This document shows positions 40,433 to 53,399 of a stretch of 64,000 nt of DNA, one piece after another (position 1 is the first letter of the stretch; each line of letters starts with the position of its first letter). The notes under the pieces are model-generated. The model was not told the origin of the DNA. It was given only the letters and a program-made list of their open reading frames with translations, and ran no database searches. Source of the DNA: Vicugna vicugna (taxonomy: Eukaryota); assembly GCA_013265495.1 (NCBI GenBank), contig MU058781.1, positions 4,651,050-4,715,049 on the forward strand, given 5' to 3'. The position numbers and the translations under genes are program-made.

Positions 40433-40934
40433 CTCTAAACTCTGAGCTCTTGGGACTAGCTACACGACCTTGGATTTAACCTCCCCATTCCGAAGTAACT
40501 TCACTTTCAAATTGAGAGGGAGAAATAGTCACACAAAGTTCTTTCTAGTTTAAATTCTATTGTATCCATAACTTGTGTATCAGTGGAAAGACAGCCATTC
40601 CCCAAATTCCAAATGTAGCCCATGACATTTATTAATAATGTGCTGCTTTTTATGTAAAATACATGCCCATTGCAGAAAAAGTTGAGAAATACAGGAAAAG
40701 TATAAAAAACACAATAAAACAATCTACAATCTACCCAAACATCTCTGCTACTAATATTTTGAAGAATTTCTTTCCTGATTTATTTAATTCAAGGAGTGAA
40801 GTTGAAACTTTGGGAATCAAGTAATATGTTGCTATATTACTCTTACTTATTTTAGGATTTTTTTTGAGTTATGTAATTTAGTTCCCAAGAAGACAGATCC
40901 ACCTTGTATATACTTTTTTTCTCTCTCTCTGTTT

Positions 40935-41243
40935 TTCTTTTCTTTTTTTATTGCGATATAATGGACATATACCACTGTATTGGTTTCACTGTATTATCAA
41001 CATAATGCTTGGATGTATGTATACATGGTGAAGTGATCACCACAGTGAATTCACATCCATCATGATACATAGTTAAAATTTTTTTTTCTTGTGATGGGAA
41101 CTTTTAAGATCTACTCTCTTAGCAACTTTCATATATGCAATACACTGTGGCTTACTATAGTCACCACACTGTACATTACATCTCCAGGACTTATTTATAA
41201 GTGGAAGTTTGTACCTTTTGACCCCCTTCACCCATTTCACTCA
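40935..41243 (-). mobile_element. L1 (L1MA9-like) 3' end
   Basis: TTTTAAGATCTACTCTCTTAGCAACTTTCA...GGAAGTTTGTACCTTTTGACC. Confidence 0.8.
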
Positions 41244-41850
41244 CTTGTGTATATTTTTAACATGAAAAGCATCCAAATCATTTTCTTTCAAAATCAGCTC
41301 ATTACAGGGATCTTGCTTGGATTCCTCATGTGAGTTCTGTAGCCTTTTGTACATTTCCATATCATCTTGGGAATCTTTAGTTTCTGTTAATTTTCTCTCC
41401 TCTCTTGCTGTCTGTATGCAAAATCACCTGCATCTGCACATCCCTTGGGGGGCCTCTCTAGTCAAACCACAGAGGCAGTCCTCTCCTGGGGATGATTTCC
41501 TGGCCAGGGCCAGTCTCCGTTAGGTAAGGATGGCCAGGCCGTCCAGGCTCAGTTCGGCTATTAACGGTTGTGATGATTTCGGATCAGCACCTCAGAGCAA
41601 TAGTAAAATTTAGCCTAAATTGCTTCCCCAACCTTCGTGAAGGGTTTTTTTTTTTTTCTTTTAACCCAGCAATTAGTCTAAACATAGATTCTAGAATAGC
41701 TGTTGAGAACTTAGCATATTTATCTGTGGGAGTTTTGGGATTTTAAAAAGGGATGAGAAGAAAATAGGGTTTAATCTCCCTTAAAATGCCTCCCTTTCCT
41801 TTTCTTTCTTTTTTTTTTTCATTTCTAATTTCTTATTGTCTCTCAGGGAG

Positions 41851-41852
<2 letters not shown>

Positions 41853-41889
<37 letters not shown>

Positions 41890-41906
41890 CGCATGCGTGC
41901 GCATGT
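41853..41906. repeat. (GT)14(GC)6 compound microsatellite, 54-bp alternating purine-pyrimidine tract
   Basis: Read directly from the sequence. Confidence 0.95.
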
Positions 41907-42807
41907 TCGTGTTTAATTGTCAAAAGTGCACAACTGAAAGAAGAGAGGAAATGGAATTAAAGGTGAAATGAGGAACCACCCTGGCAGCAGGGCGCGTGTT
42001 AGCAAAGCCCTGTATCTCCTTACATCCCAAACGTGGGCCCGAGCGCCCCTCCTGCAGCCCCCATCAGGACGCCCCCACTCTTTGATATGCTAATCGTGGC
42101 TGTGGGTCGGTTCGAGCTGGCAAGAGAGCAGAAGCTTTCAGAAGGCTGACACGTTACAAAGCTGCAAACTTCAAAGCCCGGTTTAAAAGGGTCTGTTCTC
42201 ATCCAGCAAAATAAGTTTGCTTTTTACAATGCCGAAGAGAAAATCCCAACAAATTAGAGTGGAATCTTAAACAATGAAGCAGGCCCAACTCAGAAATAAG
42301 GAACCAATTAATGCTATCAACATGGCTTCTATCTGTCCTTAGGACTTTAATCATTTCCAGACGAGAGCATGCATCTGATTAGGGTCCTTCGGCAGCCCTC
42401 ACCCCCATCAGGGCTCAATGAAAAGAATGAACAGGAGGCTCTCAGGCTGGCGTCCAAAATCTGGACTCATCGGCAGGTAACACTCTACCTTGAACCAGGC
42501 TGACGTGATTTCTGGCAGAAAAGTCCAGCAGAGGGTAGGACTTCAAAGAATGCAACTCCTATCTTTCAGAAACACGTGTATGATTTGCAAATTTCTCTCA
42601 GTTGTTTTGACTCTTGACAAAAATTGAGGTATCTCACTAGGGTTGGCCTTAGATGTTCATAAAGTGCCTGCTTTCTCCCATTATCTTATTTTGTGGTATG
42701 TCAGTCAGTCCAGGTTCCGACCTCAATCTATCACACACTCAACCTATCACACACTCAATCTACAATTCTACCATTTTTTAAACTTTATCTCTTTGGCTCT
42801 TGAAGAC

Positions 42808-43805
42808 TATTTTAGTCTTTGTCCTTGGGCTGCCATAACAAAATCCCACAGACCAGGTGACTTAAACAACAGAAATCTATTTTCTTGCAGCTTTGGAGGT
42901 TAGAAGTCCAAGACCGAGGTGTTGGCAGGATTGGTGTCTGATGAGAACGCTCCCTTTGAATGGCAGGTGGCCGCCATCTTGCTGTAGCTCATAGGACCTC
43001 TTCACTGAGTGCATGGGGCTGGGGTTGGGGGGGGCCTCTGGTCATCTGGGGATCTCTTCCTTCTTTTATAAGGACAATAATCCTATTAGATTAGGGTCCC
43101 ACCCTTATGACCCCATTTAACCTTAATTATCTTCTTATGGGCCCTATCTCCAAATACAGTCACGTCGGGCTTAGAGCTTAAAGGGCATCAGAATATGCCA
43201 CTCTAAAACATATCACTTTAGCATAAGGATTATTTTGAACTGAAGGTAACTGGGAAGCAACAGATGCAGAAAGAAGCCTTCTCAGAGCATCCCTTATCTG
43301 ACAAAAAGCAGCAAGTTCTGGGAAATAAGGCTGCCATAATTCCCTCTTCAGGTTGAATCTACTCCCAAGAGGGAAGAAAACCTCCCCCAAATCCCTTCTC
43401 CATGGGAATTTAATATCCCTAAAGGAGAGAAATATCACTCAGACTTGTAGAGGCAAACATTATCACAGACTTTCTTATCTGTCCTTTGTTCTCCTAAAAA
43501 CCCATTTGTCTTTCTTAAAGAAACCCATTAGCTTCTTCCATAAAAGCCTTTTCTCCCCCATCCCTTTCTCCTACTAAGTTAGGTACATAAGCTATAGCTT
43601 TAACCATTTAACCAGCTAGCTTCCTCTTTTGTTAACTTCCACATGCATAAGAATAATCTTTTTCTCCTGTTAATCTGTCTTTTGTTAGTTTCATTCACAG
43701 GCCTCCATTTTTCAGAACATAAGAGGGTAGAGAAGAAATTTTTTCTCCCCTACAAGCTTCAACTTATGAATCTGGGTTGTGGGTCATGGGGACAAGCTTC
43801 AGCTG
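42808..43805 (-). mobile_element. MaLR LTR (MLT1A-like) split by an ERV1 LTR
   Basis: MLT1A motifs run to 43178 (…CAGTCACGTCGGGCTTAGAGCT) and resume at 43755 (AGCTTCAACTTATGAAT). Confidence 0.8.
43179..43754 (+). mobile_element. ERV1-class solo LTR, MER34/MER39-like
   Basis: CAGAATATGCCAC...GCATAAGGATTATTTTGA...CTCCCCTACA, with a perfect TSD AGCT (43175-43178 and 43755-43758). Confidence 0.85.
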
Positions 43806-44114
43806 GTAGCAGTCTCCAGCTTCCTCAGTTAACCCTTATACACACCTTTGAAGAACAAACACAACAATCTGGGGGATACACCTTGTCCATGAGAGAACCA
43901 GAAAGGAACAGGGGTGGTGAACTCTGACCACGATGGTGGCAGGCGCTGCTCCTTCCCTGTGTTGCACCTGAGGTCTCCACCACCTCCAGCCTTACCAGCT
44001 TTCTGTTTTGGTCTTAAAAGGACAGTCTATTCCTTTGGCTAATGGGTATGACCTGTGTTGACATGTGTGAGTTAATGGGTGGTAGAGGAGGCTGAGAAAG
44101 AGTTGTCAAGCCTT

Positions 44115-44615
44115 TGAAGGGGGCAGGATATGCCACCCCAAAGTGTGCTTCTTTAGAGTAAGGACTATTTTTGAGCTGATTATTCTTGAGAAACTGCAGA
44201 CACAGGAGAATCTCTGAAAACAGGGTAGAATTTGCCCTTTTGTAAGGAATATTTACATTTATAAAGGAATTCTCCGTTGGTCAATGTCTCCCTCATTCTA
44301 CCAGAAAGAGGATGACTTGTGAATCACAAGGAACTTTTACCAACGGTGAAGGCACCAACATCATTCTGCATAACAACCGTATGCTTGTTTACTGGGCTTT
44401 TCCTGGTAACCTCCCACCCAACACCCTCCTTTGTCTTTAGCTGGAGATGAGATTTAAGGTGGTGACATTTCCAGGAGTTTCAGTTTTCCTGGGTCTCTCC
44501 TGTTTTTATGTTTTTAAACTTCTGTTTGTTTTTCTCTTGTTAATCTCTTTTGTTACCAGGGGTCTCAGCCACAGAACCTAGAAGATAGAAGGAAAATTAT
44601 TCTTCCTCCCCTACG
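44115..44615 (+). mobile_element. ERV1-class solo LTR, MER34/MER39-like
   Basis: TGAAGGGGGCAGGATATGCCACCCC...CTTCCTCCCCTACG. The TSD is not clean. Confidence 0.8.
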
Positions 44616-44783
44616 GTTTGAACTTCAGCCTGCGTGTAAGTTGTGCTCCTCCTGGAATCCAACTCATCAGTTTCTCTGAGGACTCCTGCCTGGGTCCCAG
44701 GGAGAGAAGAAAGGGTGAAAAAACAAAAGGCCTTCTTACTAAATTCTTTGAGAGCCCGTGAGAGCCCCCTTTGGAGATGAGGG

Positions 44784-45276
44784 TGTCGACTGAAATAAAT
44801 GCACAGCGTTCAAGTTGAGAGTTATGTTTTATTTGGCGGACTTTTCTGAGGACTTGAACCCCTTCGCACCCGGGATGACAGCCTCAGATCGCGCTGAGGG
44901 ACTGCTCCGAACAGGCAGGGGAGGAGCTAGGATATATAGGAGCTTTACAAAGACCAGGCAGTGGGAACATTAAAAGATTACTTGTTAGCTAAAGAAAACC
45001 AGGCATCTCAAGTTAAAAAATTCAGCGCTTTTCTACATATGAGAGGAAGCAAACATTTGGGCTCATTGCATTCATTCCTTTGACAAGCACCTAGCTATCT
45101 AAGGCCAGTATCCTGTCCTTTCTTATTCTGAGTCCCCGCAGAGGGCACCATTGTGAGTGGCTGCAGAGGCCGGGCTGCAGGCTTGTCTTCACTGGGGGGG
45201 GGCGGCAGCCGCTGAGCACTTGATGGCTTCAGCATTCTTTGTTTACTGATATGGTTTGTAGTATTTTTCATTCACA
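44784..45276 (-). mobile_element. Young ERV1-class solo LTR, MER41-like
   Basis: TG...CA termini and a perfect TSD AGGG (44780-44783 and 45277-45280). The minus strand has a TATA-like box near 44933-44938 and AATAAA at 44828-44833. Its start, TGTGAATGAAAAATACTACAAACCATATCAGTAAACAAAGAATG, resembles artiodactyl MER41 as I recall it. Confidence 0.8.
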
Positions 45277-45563
45277 AGGGTATCATAAAGGTGGGAGACA
45301 GGAGGGGGTGATCAACTACCCCCTACCCACTGGGGCACATGTGCACAAGCGCGTGCGCACATGCACACACACCCCCCTCACTCCTGGGCGGGCGGTTCAG
45401 GACAGCCCTGCCCTCCAGGAACAGCTCTAGAGGCACCAGGGGGCTGCAATCCCAACAGCTTGGTCTCTGCCAGGCACTGGCACTAGATGGTGGCATTGGC
45501 AGCACCAAAAACTGGTTTCCACCTCCTCCGGGGACTGATGCAACCATCCAGAAAAATGGCCAT

Positions 45564-46062
45564 TGAAGGATATGCCACCCCAAATGTGCCTCTGGCTTAA
45601 GGATTATTTTGAGCCAGTTGAGTTTTGTTTGTTTGTTTGTTTGTGTTTGTTTTTGTTTTTTAAACAGCAGACATAGGAGAACCTCTGAAAACCAAGTAGA
45701 CGGTTACCCTTTCGTAAGACTTTTTTTTAACGTATGTAGGGAAAATCTCCATGTGTGAAAGTGTCTCCCTTTGCGTACCTAAATCTGCATAACAACCTTA
45801 CCCTTGTTTACTGGGCTTTTCCTGGTAACCTTCCATAACTAGTCTCCCTACCCACCCAACATTCTCTTTTGTCTTTAGCTGGAGATGGGATCTAAGGTGG
45901 TGACTTGGGCCATTTCAGGAAATGAGTTTTCCTGGGTCTCTCCCAGGTCTACAGGAGGTGTCCATGTTACTAAACTTGTTTTTCTGTTAATCTGTCTTAT
46001 TACAGGGAGATCTCAGCATAGAACCTAGAAGGGCAGAGGGGAAATTATCTTGTTCCCCTATA
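45564..46062 (+). mobile_element. ERV1-class solo LTR, MER34/MER39-like
   Basis: Parallels 44115-44615. Flanks CCAT/CTAT fit a 4-bp TSD with one transition. Confidence 0.8.
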
Positions 46063-46917
46063 CTATATACAGCAAGGTTAACTGCATTTTAAAAACGCGT
46101 ATAAAAAAATACTGGACAGAAACACAGCAAATGATTTTCTTTCCTGTATAGACAGCAGACTAAATAATTGCATCCTTTGAGATTTACACAAATCTCACTC
46201 AAACCCCCTCTTCTGGGTCCAGAAGGAAGTCTGGGCTCCTCCTCCAGGTCTCCTGAATTCTGAGGGCTTGGCTTGGAAGATCCGCTGCTCCCATTTCCTG
46301 CACTCCCTTCATTCTCAGAGCCACGGACACCTCACCACCCTCAGCTCATCTCTGTGCCCTTTTATTTTCCTACCCCCTCTTAAAACATCACTTGCACTTG
46401 GCTTTGGGTGTAACTGCCTTCACTGAAGGTGTGGGAATTGGGTGGGGTGGGGGAGGAGACAGAAAGGGTGAGCATTTCATCATGGCACTTAAAATTCCTC
46501 CAGCCACCCCCACCCTGGTGAATTTCTCACCCGCCCACATCTGCACAGCCCCAGGCCACCACCTGTCACACCGCAGCTCAGCCCACTCTCCCGCCCTCAC
46601 ACCCCTCCCTCCGCTCTGCTCACCTCTCCCGCCCTTCCTCCGTCACCGCCCACGAATTCCTCTTCATTCTTATGCAGAGCTCGGTAACAGCCCCTGTGCT
46701 TCCTCTGCCTGGCCCGGTAGTGTCTTGTCAAGGTATTTTACCAAACAAAGGCACCCTACTCAGGAGAGGAATTCTGCCGCTCTTTGAGAGGCAGAAGCAG
46801 CTGCCCTTGGGCTTTGGTTTAAAGCAGTATCTTTACCTTTGCTACAAGTATTTTCCAAGCTTTCCTAACGCATTTGTTAATGTCAAAATATTTTTAAGTG
46901 AGAGTTCACAGACAGAC

Positions 46918-47132
46918 CGGTGGTTCTCAACTGGGAATGATTTTGCATCCCCAGGGGACCTATGATAATGCCCGGAGATACCTTTGGTTGTCATGATGGT
47001 GGGTGCGAGGGTGCTGCCTGTAGTAGATGTTGACCAGAGATGCTGCTAAACCTCCTCCAGGGCACAGGACAGCCCCCCAGCAGAGAATTACCTGGCTCAA
47101 AATGCCAACAGTGCTGAGGACGGGAAACCCTG
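46918..47132 (+). mobile_element. MER20 hAT-Charlie DNA transposon
   Basis: CGGTGGTTCTCAAC...GATGCTGCTAAAC...CCAACAGTGCTGAGG...GAAACCCTG, about 215 bp. Confidence 0.8.
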
Positions 47133-47756
47133 CTATAAGTTAATAAGATTCTGAAGAGAGGAACAGCGACTCTCTCTCGCCTCTGTTTAAAGTGGGATCA
47201 ATGAAAGGAAGCCTGCAGAATAAAAACAACTAGGAATTATTGAGAATTTACTCTGCCCCTAACAACTCTTATAAAGCAAGTAGCGATTCAATTATCATCC
47301 CCTTTCTAAGGATGAGGGAGCCAAACTAAGGCTGGGAAGGTAAATAATTGGCCAAGTTCACACAGACAGTGACAGACCCAGTATAACCTGAGACAGAGAA
47401 GTGTCAGGCAGGGAGGAAATCGTGCTAATATTCACACTTTGGTCCTAACTTGCCACACATAGATATTTCTTGCATTTCTAGCCCATTGCTGAGCAAACAG
47501 AGAAGGTGTTACAGGAAACATGAAGTTTTGGCCATCAAATTGCATTCCAAATTTGTGAATGACAATTTTGTGCTTTGTAATTAAGAACTTCAAAAATACA
47601 TTTCATTCGAGAGACTTGATTTTTGTCCTGTAAAATAATTATGTTATTGGTACACTATATATATGTATATATACATACACACATATGTATGATATATAGA
47701 TAATATATATTTTTAATACTTTAAATGTGCATTTTTAAATATGGAGAGAGAAGAGA

Positions 47757-50385
47757 GGCAGGTCCAGATGGTTTCACTGGAGAATTCTACCAAGGGTTTA
47801 AAGAATTAACATCAATTCTACACAATCTCTTTCAGAAAAACAGAAGAGGAAAGAACATTTCCCAATCCATTTTATGGGGCTAGTGTTACACTAATACCAA
47901 AACTAGACAAAGACAGTTCAAAAAATGAAAACTACAGACCAATATCCCTCATGAACATAGGTGAAAAAAATCCTTAGCAAAATATTAGCAAATAGAATTC
48001 AACAGTACATATGAACTATTTACTGTGACCAAGAGAGGTTTATTTCAGAGATATAGAGCTCACTCATATTTGAAGGTCAATCAATATAATTTATCATATT
48101 AACAGGCTAAAGAAGGGGGAAAAAAAATCACACGATCATTAAATAAAAAAAATCATTTGACAAAATGCAGTATCCATTTATGATAAGAAATGTCAGAAAA
48201 ATAAGAACAGAGGGAAACTTCCTAAATTTGGTAAAGAGTATCCATGAAAAAACCCACAACAAATATACTTAATGGTGAAAGGCTGATTGAACTGTTTTCT
48301 CCCTAACGGTAGGAGCAAGGCAAGGATGTCTGCCCTCACCATTCTTATTTAGCATGGTACTGAAAGTTCTAGACTGTGCAAAAAGGCAAGAAAAGTAAGT
48401 AAAAGGCATACATAACAGAAAGTAAGAAATAAAGCTGTCCCTATTTGCAGATGATATATAATAACTGTCTGTATAGAAAATCCAAAGGAATCTATTTTTA
48501 AAAAGGAAAAGAAAAATAACAAATTCAGCAAGGTTGCAGGATATAAAATAAATATACAAAAATCAGTTGTATTTCTATATATTAGCAATGAATATGCAAA
48601 CACAAAATTTTAAAATATCATGCCATTTATAGTCCTCCCCCAAAATAGAATAGGTGTAAATCTATTTTACACACATTTGTATGCTGAAAACTTAACGCTG
48701 ATTTGTTTTTTAAATCAAAGAAGATCTAAATCAATGAAGAGACATCTTCTATTCATGAATTGAAAGACTCAACATAGTAAAGATGTTAATTCTCCCAAAC
48801 CTGATACACAGGTATAATGCAATTCTTATTAAAATCTCAGATATTTTTGTAAATAAAGATAAGATTACTCTAAAATGTATATGGAAAGGAAAGGAATTAG
48901 ATTTTGGGAAAAAAGAGAACTCTTGTCTTGTTGACTTTGAGACTTATTATGTAGCTGTAGTAATCAAAGCGATGTGGAATTGGCAGAGGGAGAGACATAT
49001 ACAACAGGGGAACAGAATAGAGACCTAGAAACAGACCCACACAAATACGCCCAACTGATTTTTGACAAGGATGCAAAAAGCAGTTCAATGAAGGAAAGAC
49101 AGCCTTCTCACAAATGGTCTTCGAGCAACTGGACACCCAAAGTGAAAAGCAAAACAAACAAACAAACAAACAAAGGCTTGATCTAAGTCTCACACCTGAC
49201 TTATGCAAAAATTAACTCCAAATAGCCATGCTTTAATGTAAAATGTAAAGCTATAAAACCTCAAGAAAATAACATAGGAGAACGTCTTTAGGATCTAGGA
49301 CTATGAAAAGGGTTCTGAGATTTGATACTAAAAGCATGATTCATAAAAGGAAAAATTAATATATTGGACTTCAAGAAAATTGAAAACTTCTGCCCTGTGA
49401 AAGACCTTAAGAAAATGAAAAGACTAGCTATAGAGTGGAAGAAAATATTTGCAAATTATATATCTGTCAACAGACTAGTATCCAGAAAACATAAAGAATA
49501 CTCAAAACTCAAGCACAAAAGAGAAAGAGACATGAAGAGACATTTTACCAAAGAGGATATGCAGATGGCAAATAAATACGAAAAAATGTTCAACATCATT
49601 CACCATTAGGGAAATGCAAATTAAAACCACAGTGAGATATCACTACAAACCCATCAGAAGAGCTAAAACAAAAAATAGTGACAACTCTAAATTCTCCCGA
49701 GGATGTGGAGAAACTGGATCATTCATATAATGATGGTGGAAATGTAACATACTACAGCCACTCCAGAAAACAGTTTGACAATTTCTTAAAGAACTAAACA
49801 CACTTATCACATGACCCAGCAATTGCTCTCCTGCTCATTCACCCCAGAGAAATGAGAGGGATTTACGCCCACACAAAAACCTGTACATAAGTAATCGCCA
49901 AAAACTGGAAACAACCCAGGTGTCTCTCAATGGGTGAATGGTTGAACAAACGGGGAACATCTTTACTGTGGATGATTCAGCAAGAAAAAGGACAAACCAC
50001 TGATGCAGGCAACAGCCTTGATGACTCTCCAGAGAATTATGCTAGGTGACAAAAGCCAATCCCCAAAGTTTACAAACTGTGTGATTCCATTTATATAACA
50101 TTCTTGACATGAAAAAGTTCTAGAAATAAAGAACAGATTCCAGGTTGCCAGAGGGTAAAGAAAGGTTACAGGCAGGAGGCAAACAGTGTGGCTACAAAAA
50201 GACAACCTGAGGGATTCTTGTGGCAACGGAGATGTGCTCTGTCTCGACTTCCAGTGTCAGTATCTTGCTTGTGCAAGGTGTTTGGGCGGGTGAGGGGCTT
50301 GGTAAAAGGTACAGGAACTTTCCCTGTATTCGTTCTTACCATGTGAAACTATAATGATCTCGAAATAGAAAGTTTATTTAAATAA
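47757..50385 (+). mobile_element. Decayed L1 (L1MC1-like): 3' half of ORF2 plus 3'UTR
   Basis: RT motif LSLFADD (TTTGCAGATGAT at 48444-48455). ORF-track fragments LILPNLIHRYNAILIKI, DFETYYVAVVIKAMWNW and PHKYAQLIFDKDAK resemble L1 ORF2p. Many frameshifts and stops. Confidence 0.9.
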
Positions 50386-52553
50386 AATATATTTCCATTA
50401 TATTATAGTATTGTAATAGACCATATCATAGTTATACAAGTGTATTATATTTAGCCTATTTAAATAACCGGATGTCTACATGGAATTCACCTTAAGGTTT
50501 TCAGAGAGCCATAGTTTGAAAGAAAGACAAGCCTTAATACGTTCTTTAGGAAAAGGTAAAATCAGCAAGCCCAAAACAGACTAGCTCCTTGATTAAGGCT
50601 AAAAAGTACCCGTTCACTGGAGGAGGCATCCCTAAAAGGTGACCAGGAGACAAGCTGCTCACTGTGCCGAACAGCAGGCACCTCTAGTCCACGTGAAATC
50701 AACTGTAGACATAGAAACTGTGACGTGAGAAGAGTGCGGAAACCGAGGAGGGGGATGTCATCATGACAAGTGTAAACAGAGCGGGGAGTCGGCCTGGAGT
50801 CTAGAAGGAGCTGGAGGGTGAGACGCGGGGTGTTTTCTCAGCTCTGACCAGGACAGACCGCAGCTGGCCAACACAAACATCCAGTCCGCTGGGTAAACAT
50901 ACTCCTCACTGAAGGAGGATTTTTCACTTGGGGCAGTCACCGTGTGATGAAAATATACCCTCTAGGAAATCCAATTTCCTTTGCTTGGGTTCTGTATTCA
51001 TCAAGCAACCTTCTGATCTTAATTTGATTTCTGATGGTTTCCTCGCTAGAAGAGAAGGAGCTAATGGGATCCAATCTGTTAAATGATTATGTGTTTTCTT
51101 CCTTATGACCCTCTCATGGCTTTTTGGCACTGGGTATTTTGTTCCAAATTGTATTTCTCGCAGGCATGACAGTATTTTCCCTTCAACAAGAACATAATCC
51201 CCTTGAGCAAAGGGACCGAGTCAACAACCATTTATTAAGCACCTGCTATGTGCTTGGTGCTGTGCAAGGATCAAAAGTAAAATGACAACTGAGATACGAT
51301 TTGTGCCCCATGGATGGCTAATTTCCTGGTGGTCCTGTGCCAGCTGAGCTGGTCCTTGTGGCATTATGGCCACAACTTCAAAATCAAACCAATGGGATTC
51401 ATATCCTGTCTCCAACATTTACCATCTGTGTGATCTTGAACAGGTTATATAACCCTTCTGACCCTCAGTTTCCCCATCTCCAAATTGAGTAGGAGATTTC
51501 ACAAGTTGCTGTGAGGAACAAATGAGTTAACCTGGACAAAGCATAGTACTAGAGACACAGTAAGCATTCATTAAGTGAGAATTATTATGACTCTGCAATC
51601 ATTCTCACAGTAAAAATTTTCAATTCTGTGAGATTACACTTCCCTCACTGCCCACCTAACTTGCCTGGCCACCTGAGGTCCTGTTATTTTCCAGCCATCT
51701 GAGAACACCAGGAATGCAGAGAAGTTCTACACATCTGCTTTGTCTGTCACTTGTCACCAACCAACAACTCATGCCCATTGCTCTGTTTTTTAGGCACCTT
51801 GAGACCTGCTTCTGCTACCCCTAACGTGTTGCCTCCCCTCCTCCCCAAACTGAGCCAAGGCCTCACCTCATTCCCCACAGTGCTGGCTGAGGCCTTCACA
51901 TTTATGACTTGCCCTTTAGAAGGTTTGGGGATAACCAAAGAGACCCGCATCCAGAAAATTCTAAACAGCTCTCAGAGTCTGGTCTTCCTAGTATATTTCA
52001 GAACCTGCCTCGCTTTCACTCTAAAAAACCACGCCATCTCCAGGCCCACAGAGAAGGGGAGGAGGGAAGGCGTTTTGTTCTGTTTTGTTTCACTTTAAAC
52101 AGAAATGTAATCTCAGAGATGCAGCTCTGCCCATCAGGGAGACAGAGCTATTGAGCCTCCAGCTTTACCTGTGCGGGACCACGAGGTCCAATATAGAGGG
52201 AGTCGGCCGTTAAGGGACATCAGGCCTCCCTGCAGCAGAAATAGGCTTGCGGCATCAGTGATTTTTATGATCCCCCTCTAGCCACGAGAAACCTTGAGCT
52301 CCTCTGTTGATGGAGGCACCCTCCTCCATCTCCATTCATCCTGCCCAGCATAAGGCACAACAGCCGAATTGGGGGCACAGTCAGGAGAGAGCATGCCCAC
52401 CTGGAACAGCTACAGTCACACCAAAGGGTCCGAACAGAGTCCTGAGCAAGACGAACACCTGCCTGATTCCCCAAAATAATTGAAAAGCAATGTGAATCTG
52501 CTGTTAGGCTTCTTTCAAAAAAAAAAAGAAAAAGAAAGAAAGAAAATGCTTGG

Positions 52554-52695
52554 TGGGAGAGTATAGCTCAGCGGTAGAGTATGTTCTTAGCACACACAAG
52601 GTCCTGGGTTCAACCCCCGGTACCAACACTATAAATAAATAAATGAGCCTAATTACCTCCCCCTGCAAAAATAATAATAATAATGAAAGAAAGAA
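52554..52695 (+). mobile_element. Vic-1-type SINE
   Basis: GTATAGCTCAGCGGTAGAG...CCTAATTACCTCCCCC. TSD-like GAAAA(T/C)GCTT on both sides. Confidence 0.85.
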
Positions 52696-52749
52696 AGAAC
52701 GAAAACGCTTAAGGGAAATTCAGCAAAACCTATTTAAATTTTCTTTAGA

Positions 52750-52890
52750 GGTGGGGGTGCTTGGTGTTCATGAGGTTTTGGGTTCAATCCCCAGTGCCCC
52801 TGTTAAGGGGGAAAAATATATATATATATATTTATATAAATATATATATATATTTAAATAAATAAATACATATATATATATATATAAATA
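52750..52890 (+). mobile_element. 5'-truncated or divergent tRNA-derived SINE with a (TA)n tail
   Basis: GGGTTCAATCCCCAGTGCCCC followed by an AT-rich tail. Confidence 0.65.
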
Positions 52891-53399
52891 AATAAAAATT
52901 TGCCCTGTCCTCCCAGGCCACTGCCCCTGTATTTGCTCTTTGAGCTATTCTTTTTTCTTCCCCTTAAGTAGCTCTTTCTAGAACAAATCTATCAAGACCT
53001 CCTCTATTCGTCAGCCTGGATGGGGGCAGCGAGGCCAGCAGAAAGAAACAGAATCTTCCCACAAAGTTCAGAAGAAATCTCTACCTGTAGAAGGGTGTAA
53101 ATTCCTGCTTGAATTTTGTTTGTTTGCTTTTTTTCTCCCACATATCAGGTTACCCAGCGAGAGGCGGTTTCCCACCAGTTATCATTAAGCACAAATTGTC
53201 TCCCGCCACTAACACGACTACACGTTCACCCTTGAACTTAACCAACAACTCAACAACTGCTTTATTTTACAAAAGAAAAATAAAAAGCTTTTAGGAAGAG
53301 AAGGCAGAGGAGGGGAAGAATGTAGAAGAGTGAAGGTGAGAAGACCAAGAGAAGAAAGAAGGCAATTGATGGTGAGAGAGGAAAGAGAAAGAATGGAAA

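Noticed and set aside
42722..42762. Short tandem duplications (16-mer x2.5 here; 17-mer x2 at 19657-19690)
   Set aside because: Ordinary slippage products with no spacers, so not CRISPR-like.
44115..46062. Two same-orientation LTRs as a collapsed provirus
   Set aside because: No TGG primer-binding site after the first LTR and no clear polypurine tract before the second. The outer flanks (CCTT/CTAT) match poorly, and the second LTR has its own plausible TSD.
46433..46453. G-quadruplex-like motifs (also 61559-61584)
   Set aside because: Common in mammalian DNA, with no supporting context here.
48783..49609. ORFs resembling reverse-transcriptase-region protein
   Set aside because: They are fragments of a dead L1 ORF2 broken by frameshifts and stops.
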